52,396 nucleotides of DNA from Pseudomonadota bacterium (GTDB lineage: Bacteria > Pseudomonadota > Alphaproteobacteria > UBA9655): contig JACPNY010000025.1 of assembly GCA_016185255.1 (NCBI GenBank), positions 1 to 52,396 of the forward strand. The letters are read 5' to 3'. Below the pieces are notes generated by a model, which was given only the letters and a program-made list of their open reading frames with translations, ran no database searches and had not been told where the DNA came from. Positions 18,078-25,973 of the stretch are shown one piece after another. Position 1 is the stretch's first letter. Every line of letters begins with the position of its first letter. The position numbers and the translations under genes are program-made.

Positions 18078-18920
18078 TCCAAGCCTTTCGCCCCCACTAA
18101 AATTTCCATTCTCCAACTTGTCGATCACCCCGCTTTAAATGCAACGCGAGAAGGTTTTCTCGAAGAGCTGAATAAACTTGGATATAAAGCAGGAGAAAAT
18201 CTTATTTTGGATTTTCAATCCGCCCAAGGAAACCCCTCTTTAGCTGCTCAAATTGCGCAAAAATTCGTGTCCAATAAGCCCGACGTTATTGTGGCCATCC
18301 CAACCATTGCAGCTCAAGCTGCCATGTCGGCAACAAAAGACACGGATATCCCGGTTGTCTTTAGTTCTGTGACCGACCCCCTTTCCGCAAAGCTGGTCAC
18401 AAGTTTAGAGGCGCCAACAGGGAATGTCACGGGTGTGTCTAATTTTGTGCCCGTTGAACCCCAATTCAAACTCTTTAAACGTGTTCTACCCACCCTAAAA
18501 ACCTTGGGGATTGTGTACAACCCTGGAGAAGCGAATTCCACAGCTCTGAACGCCATGATGGAAAAAGTAGCCTCGTCCTTTGATTTGACGTTAGTTTTTG
18601 CAACGGCTTCCAAAAGTAGTGAGGTGTTGGGCGCTACACAAAGCCTTTGTGGTAAGGCAGACGCGGTTTTTGTTAACAATGACAACACGGCCTTAAGCGC
18701 TTTCAAAAGTGTGGTGAAAGCCGCGCAAGCTTGCGGCATTCCTGCTTTTGTGAGTGATATTGATATTGCAGATCAAGGCGCCCTTGCGGCTCTGGGTCCT
18801 GACCAGCGAGAAGTAGGACGTCAAACGGCCCGGATGGTAGATTTTATTTTAAAAAACCCTGAAGCGCCTCTTCCTGCCGTTGAGTTTCCGGATAAAACGG
18901 AAGAGTTTGTGAAGGAGTAG
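18078..18920 (+). pseudogene. ABC-transporter substrate-binding protein (ABC_sub_bind type) lacking a signal peptide and in-frame start
   Basis: The frame is open from 18078 (KISILQLVDHPALNATREGFLEELNKLGY...), but the first start codon is a TTG at 18207. A possible N-terminus (MYFFNTLIQAF, ATG at 18055) lies in another frame and stops at 18099. No permease or ATPase gene is nearby. Confidence 0.6.
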
Positions 18921-18953
18921 GTAATAGAGTGGAGAGGCCTCGGGGCCTCTCTT

Positions 18954-19965
18954 CTATGGAAAAGCGCAGGGAGAACAGGTTTTGGCTTGCTGACTTTGGG
19001 CTTCTGCTTCTTCAAGGGCTGTGATAATGTGGGCTTTGGAATTTAAAAATTCTTGATAGGAAAAGGTCACAAAGAGAATGACCCAAGGAGTAAGGTCTCC
19101 TGAAAGCTTCATACTTTGTTGATCTAAAGCTCTCGCAATTATTTCCGATTTCAATAGATTTGAGAAGGTAAACATGGGCCATCTCAGACCTTGCCAAATG
19201 GTTTTGTTGACAAGAGCTCTCCCCACACGCCCATTGCCGTCTCTAAAAGGATGGATAGACTCAAAGTAAAAATAGACAATGGCAGCGCGCACGAGACTTG
19301 GGATTTTAACGGTACCGTGGAGTGGATCTGTTTGATTAAACCAAGCTATAAATTTGCTTATTTCTTCATTTATCTTTGTGGGAGGAGGAGGTCTGTACCT
19401 AATCCGTCTCCACCATCTGATCTTGTTCCCAGTCTTTCACATAAATTTGTTGGGTGCGCCAGCGACCCACCTTAATCTGATCGCGTTGAAGCGGGTCCAT
19501 GATCACTGTCTCGTGATATTTAAAAAGCTGCTCTTGAGAAAGAGGCTCTTTAAAGGTTTGGCTGATTAAAAAGATCAAGCGTGCGAGGCCTAAGTCACGG
19601 CTTTTTTTAAGGTCATTGTCCTTTATGTCATGTTCAAGAAGAGAGAAAAGCTCATTGAGATCAATTTCATTGTCGAGTTTTAAGATTTTAATGGCGTCTA
19701 AAACAATAATTTTTCGCATGACCTCCCGTTGGAGAGAAGGAGACAGATTATAAAATCGCTGAGAAAGGGCGGCGGTTTCTCTGTCATAAGCCTCAAGGGT
19801 GGTTTGAACCTCGGAAAGATCATACTGAAAATTTGGCCAACAGGGAGATTGCCAAAAATAGAGGGTTTCTGCTGCTTCAGGCTTAATATAATCGTCTTTA
19901 TCAAAAGCCCAAAGAACATCGGATAAGGAAATGAATATGCCAAAAAAAATAAAAGTGCGTTTCAT
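18954..19965 (-). pseudogene. Fic-domain protein with N-terminal signal peptide, split by one frameshift between 19399 and 19436
   Basis: Fic motif HPFRDGNGRVGR at 19218-19253. The upstream ORF ends ...KVGRWRTQQIYV...ETD*. The conserved continuation RYRPPPPTKINEEISKFIAWFNQ is in the adjacent frame. Confidence 0.75.
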
Positions 19966-20004
19966 GGAAAAAGTTATTTTTTCTTTTGATGAAACTGTAA
20001 GTCG

Positions 20005-20208
20005 TCAGCCTGAGCCTGTGCCACCGCACCTGTTGCCAACGCATTCAGGGTCATTAGGTGGAATCTGCGTTTTTATTTTATCTGCAACAGATGGTTTTAC
20101 AGGGGCTGCGGCCTCTATAATTGGCCCAGTTGACGCGTTTGGGTCAGCATTCACGTTGTGGGTTGCTGCTGTAAAAGCAAGAGCGCCAAGAAAAAGCATA
20201 TGTCTCAT
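20005..20208 (-). CDS. Small secreted hypothetical protein (67 aa)
   Basis: AAGAGGTG RBS lies 7 nt upstream. Signal peptide MRHMLFLGALAFTAATHNVNA. Same strand as the Fic gene and 40 nt upstream of it. Confidence 0.5.
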   Translation of the reverse strand: MRHMLFLGALAFTAATHNVNADPNASTGPIIEAAAPVKPSVADKIKTQIPPNDPECVGNRCGGTGSG

Positions 20209-20427
20209 TTTTTTGCACCTCTTTTTAATTTAATTTTTAAATTACTATTTAAGTATAGTTAGTTTAATTATTCTAATTTATTTTTATTAAAATTTAGTTA
20301 ATAGATCATTGTTTTTTGATTCTGTAAGAGCTGCCGAGCAATCTTTGAAAGTTGCCTCTACACGCTTTCACGTGTTTCTGCTACACTCTCTGATTAATAA
20401 CGGGTAGGGGTTATAAAGAGATTAAGA

Positions 20428-22446
20428 ATGGCGAACGCTAAACCTTTTTTAGACGTACAAATGCCTGGTGGTACGTCCTTTCTCCTGGCTGAGTTTCAGG
20501 GCACAGAACGGCTATCTTCTCTTTTTGAATATAATCTTATGTTGTTTGCCGAAAGTCGGACGGTGGACTTTAGTACGCTTATGGGGCAAAGCGCTACCGT
20601 TTCCATTAGTGTGGGATCTGAGAAACGCACCTATAATGGGATTATTGGGCATTTTGAGCAAGAAGGAACGCCTTTTACGCCTCTTAAGTCTGTTTCAACA
20701 ACGTATCGAGCCATTCTTTATCCCAAACTTTGGCTTTTAACCATGTCCGGCCAGTGCCGTATTTTTCAAAATAAATCCACCATGGATATCATTAAGACTG
20801 TGTTAGATGAGGCCCAAATTCCCTATTCCAATCAGGTGACGACGTGTGGGCAGGATCCTCTGGACTTTTGTGTTCAATACGATGAAACGAACTTTAATTT
20901 CATCTCTCGTTTGATGGAAAGAGAAGGCATTCTTTATTTCTTTCAGCAAGAGCAAGACAATCACAAGCTTGTGTTAGCAGATTCACCAGATTCTCATCAG
21001 CCTTGCCCGAATGCGGCAACGGCAAGCTTTCACGATAGTTCTCTTTATGACGAGATGATGTTACAGGTGGGGTCCTGCTTTATTGCCCAGCGCCTGGTTC
21101 CTCAAAGTAATACCTTGAATAGTTATAATTATTTGACTCCTAAAACCCCTTTAAAATCCGTTGCAACGGGAAACTCTGATGCAGGGGGAGGGAGTATTAC
21201 GCGTTATCGTCAAATCTATGAGCAACAAAGCCGGGGAGATGCTCTTTCGAAGATACAACTCCAAGCGGAAGAACTCCCCCAGAAAATGGTGGAGGGTGTG
21301 TCAACGATTCCGTTTTTTCTTGCGGGATATAAATTTACGTTGAAAGACCACCCGCGAGATGACGCCAACATTGATTATGTTCTTTATGAAGTCGTTCATG
21401 AGGCCTATTTGGAGCCAGAGGGAAAAAGAGAACATATCTATAAGAATAGCTATCGCGCTTTTCCAGCAACCATACCTTTTAAGCCTCCTCAACTTACGCC
21501 AAAGCCCCGTATTTATAGTACTCAGACGGCTAAAGTAACAGGAAAGCAGGGAGAAGAAATCTATACGGAAGAATATGGGCGCATTAAGGTCAAATTCCAT
21601 TGGGATCCATCGGAGGCGGAAGATGATACAACGTCCTGTTGGATTCGGGTGGCCACCTTATGGGCGGGACAAACATGGGGAAGCTTATTTACTCCCCGGG
21701 TTGGGCAAGAGGTGGTGGTCTCCTTTATTGATGGAAACCCCGATTATCCTTTGGTGGTAGGATCTGTGTACAACGGAGACAATAAGCCCCCCTATTTGCC
21801 TGACGAGCCCACAAAATCAACAATTAAAACTCAAAGTAGTAAAGCAGGAGATTCCGGTACTGCAGGATTTAATGAACTTCGATTCGAAGACAAGCAAGGA
21901 TCCGAAGAAGTTTATATGCATGCCCAAAAGGATTTCAATATTAAGATTGAAAATGATCAGAGTATTACTCTTGTGGGGGGAAGTCGTACGGTTGCTCTTC
22001 AAGCGCAGCAAGGGGATAGTGGTGGCGGCGGAGAAGGAGGCGGCGGTGGGCAGGGCAATGATAGCTTAACCTTAACAAATGGGAATAAATCCTTAAAAAT
22101 TGATAAGGGAGATTATTCGATTACACTGTCAGATGGAAATATCAGCATCACCTGTAGCCAAGGAAACGTTACTTTTGATATTCAGGGAGCTGTGTCCATC
22201 CAGTGTTCAGACGACTTTAGTGTTAATGCAGGAGGCAACGTCAGCATTACTGCAGGCGGTACGCTTGAAGCAACGGCGGGAGGAGATGGAACTATTTCTG
22301 CAGGCGGTGCGATTGAAGTAACAGGGGGAGGAGAAGCAACCTTCACTGCAGGAGCGAATGGAACGATTTCGGCAGGGGCTGCTCTTGAAATCCAAGCGAC
22401 GGGAACGGTGTCAGTAGCAGGACTCACAATAGAACTAAATGGATAA
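20428..22446 (+). CDS. vgrG: Type VI secretion spike protein VgrG
   Basis: N-terminus FLLAEFQGTERLSSLFEYNLMLFAE...LMGQSATVSI. gp27/gp5 core present (RVATLWAGQTWGSLFTPRVGQEVVVSFIDGNPDYPLVVGSVYN). The C-terminus is a beta-helix of repeats. Confidence 0.92.
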   Translation: MANAKPFLDVQMPGGTSFLLAEFQGTERLSSLFEYNLMLFAESRTVDFSTLMGQSATVSISVGSEKRTYNGIIGHFEQEGTPFTPLKSVSTTYRAILYPKLWLLTMSGQCRIFQNKSTMDIIKTVLDEAQIPYSNQVTTCGQDPLDFCVQYDETNFNFISRLMEREGILYFFQQEQDNHKLVLADSPDSHQPCPNAATASFHDSSLYDEMMLQVGSCFIAQRLVPQSNTLNSYNYLTPKTPLKSVATGNSDAGGGSITRYRQIYEQQSRGDALSKIQLQAEELPQKMVEGVSTIPFFLAGYKFTLKDHPRDDANIDYVLYEVVHEAYLEPEGKREHIYKNSYRAFPATIPFKPPQLTPKPRIYSTQTAKVTGKQGEEIYTEEYGRIKVKFHWDPSEAEDDTTSCWIRVATLWAGQTWGSLFTPRVGQEVVVSFIDGNPDYPLVVGSVYNGDNKPPYLPDEPTKSTIKTQSSKAGDSGTAGFNELRFEDKQGSEEVYMHAQKDFNIKIENDQSITLVGGSRTVALQAQQGDSGGGGEGGGGGQGNDSLTLTNGNKSLKIDKGDYSITLSDGNISITCSQGNVTFDIQGAVSIQCSDDFSVNAGGNVSITAGGTLEATAGGDGTISAGGAIEVTGGGEATFTAGANGTISAGAALEIQATGTVSVAGLTIELNG

Positions 22447-23131
22447 AAGCCCTATGGACGAGCAGTCTGATCAAGAAACGTTAAACGATGAAGAGCCTAC
22501 AGAGGCTCAAGAATCCCCTCAGCCAGGAGAGCGCCGCTTTATAGGTCATGTTATTGATAATAAAAGACATGGCGTGGTGGAAAAGTATGATGAAAATGCT
22601 AATCTCGTCTCTGCGCATCCATTCGAAAAAGGACGCCTTCATGGAGAGTCTCGCCGTTATGATAAGTCTCAGCGGTTAAAAGAAAAAATAACCTACCATG
22701 AAGGAGTAGCTCATGGGCCAGCGGAATTTTACAAAAGGGGAACTCCTTCGCTCTCCACCCATTTTCATGAGGGAAAGCAACATGGAGAAACTACTTTTTA
22801 TGATGACGGAGGAGCCGTTCGGGCGCGTGTTCAATATGAAAAGGGAGTCAAACACGGCACTTCAATCGGCTATGATCTTTTAGGACGTGTGAAACGTGTT
22901 TCCCATTATCAGAATGGCCTGTTAGATGGTCCTACCATGAGTTACTATCCCAGCGGCGCCCTTCTTGAATCAGGGCTATATGTGCAGGGAAAACGTCATG
23001 GTGAGTTTATCTCCTATTATGAAAACGGAGGAGCGCGCCAAGTCCTCGTCTTTGACATGGGGCGCCTTGTGCGAAAACCTCAATTTTATGATTCTCACGG
23101 CAATCCCATGTCTTCGGGGATTGAAAGATGA
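22439..23131 (+). CDS. MORN-variant (YwqK-type) repeat protein with acidic N-terminal tail
   Basis: Seven ~23-aa repeats of the form G..HG....Y...G. 8-nt overlap with the vgrG stop. Confidence 0.85.
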   Translation: MDKSPMDEQSDQETLNDEEPTEAQESPQPGERRFIGHVIDNKRHGVVEKYDENANLVSAHPFEKGRLHGESRRYDKSQRLKEKITYHEGVAHGPAEFYKRGTPSLSTHFHEGKQHGETTFYDDGGAVRARVQYEKGVKHGTSIGYDLLGRVKRVSHYQNGLLDGPTMSYYPSGALLESGLYVQGKRHGEFISYYENGGARQVLVFDMGRLVRKPQFYDSHGNPMSSGIER

Positions 23132-23520
23132 GTCTTGCGGTTGTTGGAGAGCTTTCCGCCATTCAGTGTCTTTTTGGGGCATCGCCAACACCCTTAATTG
23201 TGCTCCCTGATCGAACGATTACAGCAGAACTTTCGCTGATGGGCAACATTTCGGATATGATTCCTTTTGTTAATATCCTAACCTTTGTAGAATGTGTATC
23301 GCTTGCTAATCCGCAAGTGATTATTGCAACAGCAGCTGCTATGGGAGTTTTAACGCCTATGCCGTGCGAACCAATTGTCGTTGATCCCTGGGTTTCTGAA
23401 GCGCTGGATGTGTTCGTTGAGATCGTGCCAGCTCTTGATCAAACTTCTATTGTGATGTGTATTTGGGCAGGGGTCATTCATGTCGATGAGCCCGGGAATG
23501 TGACGGTGATGGTTCCTTGA
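23128..23520 (+). CDS. DUF4280 (PAAR-like) domain protein
   Basis: VVGELSAIQCLFGASPTPLIVLP ... IPFVNILTFVECVSLANPQVIIATAAAMGVLTPMPCEP ... CIWAGVIHVDEPGN fits the DUF4280 consensus. ATGA overlap with the MORN gene. Confidence 0.85.
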   Translation: MSLAVVGELSAIQCLFGASPTPLIVLPDRTITAELSLMGNISDMIPFVNILTFVECVSLANPQVIIATAAAMGVLTPMPCEPIVVDPWVSEALDVFVEIVPALDQTSIVMCIWAGVIHVDEPGNVTVMVP

Positions 23521-23535
23521 GGAAAGAAAAATAAA

Positions 23536-24777
23536 ATGACCTCTCTCTCTCTTGAAGATGTGCAAAAAGCTAAGACAGTGTTGAAGGGCCACGTTCTTGA
23601 AACGCCGACGATTTATTCTCCCTATCTTTCAAGAGCTTATGGTGCAGATATTTTTTTGAAAATGGAAAACTTTCAAGAAACCGGCTCGTTTAAAGAGAGA
23701 GGGGCTTACGTAAAGCTCAAAAGCCTGTCCCCCGAAACGCTTCAACGGGGAGTTATCGCTGTTTCTGCTGGCAATCATGCCCAAGCGGTCGCTTTTCACG
23801 CCCATAATTTGCAGAGCCCCGCCACAATTGTCATGCCTCTTTTTACGCCGCCCACAAAGGTAAGAAATACGGAGAAGTGGGGAGCCACAATTATTCTTGC
23901 AGGGCAAACATTGGATGAGGCGCAAAAACTGGCTCAAGAGATTGCGCTGAAGGAAAATTTCACTTTTATCCACCCCTATGATGATAAGGATATCATTGCA
24001 GGACAAGGAACAATAGGACTCGAAATGCTGGAGGCATGCCCTGACCTGGAAGTTCTTTTGGTTCCTCTAGGGGGAGGAGGGCTTTGTTCTGGGATAGCTA
24101 TCGCCGCAAAGTCCTTAAGGCCCTCTCTTAAGATTTATGGTGTTGAGGTGGAGGGATATGCATCCATGGCGCATACTCTTTATGGAAGGCAAGAGACGGG
24201 GAGAGCGGATACGACTCTTGCGGAGGGGATTGCGGTACAAACGCCGGGGACCCTTCCCAAAGCTATTTTAAAAAGTCTTCTTGATGATATTCTCGTTGTA
24301 AGAGAAGAGGAAGTTGAGCACGCTGTTGATCTTTTAGTGCGCAAACAAAATATTGTTGCCGAAGGTGCTGGAGCTGTAGGACTTGCTGCTCTTTTGCGTA
24401 ACCCCTCTCTTTTTGCAACGAAGAAGGTGGGAATTGTTGTAAGTGGAGGAAATATTGACGCACGACTTCTGTCCGCCATTATGATGAGGGGACAAATTCA
24501 TGAAGGTCGGTTTACGCTTTTGCGTATAAAAATTCGGGATATTCCTGGGGTTTTGGTGCAAATTGCGAGGATTATCGCAGAGAATCAAGGAAATATTCTG
24601 GAAGTTCATCATCAACGCTTCATCTATGAGATTCCTATAAAAATGGCAGAGCTTGATATTATGGTAGAAACGCGCGGAGAAGATCACATGGCAGTTATCA
24701 TCAACGCTTTAGAAGCTGCTGGATTTTCTGTAAGTAAGCTCGTAAGCGGGCTCGATGTGAATGGATTGTGTGGTTAA
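23536..24777 (+). CDS. ilvA: Threonine ammonia-lyase (threonine dehydratase) with C-terminal ACT-like domain
   Basis: PLP-Lys motif ETGSFKERGA, GNHAQ, and the GGGGL glycine loop. 413 aa. Confidence 0.87.
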   Translation: MTSLSLEDVQKAKTVLKGHVLETPTIYSPYLSRAYGADIFLKMENFQETGSFKERGAYVKLKSLSPETLQRGVIAVSAGNHAQAVAFHAHNLQSPATIVMPLFTPPTKVRNTEKWGATIILAGQTLDEAQKLAQEIALKENFTFIHPYDDKDIIAGQGTIGLEMLEACPDLEVLLVPLGGGGLCSGIAIAAKSLRPSLKIYGVEVEGYASMAHTLYGRQETGRADTTLAEGIAVQTPGTLPKAILKSLLDDILVVREEEVEHAVDLLVRKQNIVAEGAGAVGLAALLRNPSLFATKKVGIVVSGGNIDARLLSAIMMRGQIHEGRFTLLRIKIRDIPGVLVQIARIIAENQGNILEVHHQRFIYEIPIKMAELDIMVETRGEDHMAVIINALEAAGFSVSKLVSGLDVNGLCG

Positions 24778-25242
24778 ATATTGCCCCTTTTGACGAACGA
24801 GAGGAGAGGCAGAAGAGATTACCTCTAAATCCAGCACTTTTCCGATAATAATTTCGTGATCTTCTCCGTCATAGATGGCCCCCTTTTCACAAATGATATA
24901 ACCTAAAGTATCCTTGATCAAAAGGCAGCCTGTTGCTGAATGGCGGTAGGTATCCACCTTCTCCCACTCCATGGGAACATGTCTTGCAAAGCCATCGGAA
25001 AGATGAGATTGGGATTCACTTAAAATGTTAATGGCAAAATAAGGGGAAGCTTTAAAAACAGGCATGGTTTTAGAATGCTTGGATAAGCAAAATAAAATTT
25101 GAGGGGGAGATAGAGAGACAGAAGTTAAAGAGCTAATGGTGATGCCAATATCCTGGCCTCCCTTTTGGGGAGCTGTAATAATGGTAACACCTGTTGGAAA
25201 AAGGCCAAGGGTTTTCCGAAATTGATCTTCTGTGACAGTCAT
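24709..25242 (-). CDS. Flavin reductase-like (FMN-binding split-barrel) protein
   Basis: FRKTLGLFPTGVTIITA signature. The 3' end overlaps the ilvA 3' end by 69 nt (convergent). Confidence 0.8.
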   Translation of the reverse strand: MTVTEDQFRKTLGLFPTGVTIITAPQKGGQDIGITISSLTSVSLSPPQILFCLSKHSKTMPVFKASPYFAINILSESQSHLSDGFARHVPMEWEKVDTYRHSATGCLLIKDTLGYIICEKGAIYDGEDHEIIIGKVLDLEVISSASPLVRQKGQYLTTQSIHIEPAYELTYRKSSSF

Positions 25243-25388
25243 GTCTTTCTTTTAAGGGAAAAGAAGACGGGTGCAAACAAATAAATCGAAAGAGGGTCAT
25301 TTTTTAATTCACTTTAATTGAATCCAAATTATATACTAAGGCCAAAAGTAGCTTTAATAGAGACAACCCCTTAAAATGGAGACTGTGT

Positions 25389-25952
25389 ATGCTAAAAAAA
25401 TGTGTTGTGTGTCTTTCACTTGGTCTTGTGAGCTGCGCTACGTCACCGGAACCTATGCCCGTTGGAATGGTGGAGAATCGTGGAATTACAGGGTTTGCAA
25501 GTGACCAAGTTGTGCGTGTAAAGCTTAACTTTGAGCTTTCTAATAAGCTTTCGGATTTTACAGGCATTGAGCTCACCGTCTATAAGGGGCGCGTGCTGTT
25601 GACCGGTGTTGCAGCAAGCGAACAAGTAAAGAGAGAAGCTGTGCGCATTTCTAAAAACGTCTCAGGCGTGAAAGACGTTATTGATGGGATGAATATCCAG
25701 GGGGAAGATGGATTTGCAGAATATGCGCGGGACGCGTGGATGACAGCGAAACTAAAGGCGAATTTATATGCGGATCAAGAAATAGATGCGCCTGCCTATG
25801 TTGTGCGTACCTTTGATAAAGTCATTTATGTCTTTGGAACGGCTCAAACAAAAGAAGAGGTCAAACGCGTTGTTGAGCATGCCTATGATATTACGGGTGT
25901 GAGGAAAGTTGTGAATTTAATTGAGGGAGGGGGACCACCTCAAAAGCGATAA
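25389..25952 (+). CDS. BON-domain lipoprotein (OsmY/YraP-like)
   Basis: Lipobox LGLVSC. Two BON-like segments (VYKGRVLLTGVAAS...; VIYVFGTAQTKEE...). Confidence 0.8.
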   Translation: MLKKCVVCLSLGLVSCATSPEPMPVGMVENRGITGFASDQVVRVKLNFELSNKLSDFTGIELTVYKGRVLLTGVAASEQVKREAVRISKNVSGVKDVIDGMNIQGEDGFAEYARDAWMTAKLKANLYADQEIDAPAYVVRTFDKVIYVFGTAQTKEEVKRVVEHAYDITGVRKVVNLIEGGGPPQKR

Positions 25953-25973
25953 AAAACATTTAAGGGAGGGAAA

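Noticed and set aside
19931-20233. Plus-strand 100-aa ORF overlapping the small secreted ORF 20005-20208
   Set aside because: It has no RBS and a low-complexity translation. The minus-strand ORF has an AAGAGGTG RBS and a signal peptide.
22182-22427. Antisense and alternative-frame ORFs within the 3' part of vgrG
   Set aside because: They are by-products of the Gly/Ala-rich repetitive coding sequence. The VgrG frame is continuous and homologous throughout.
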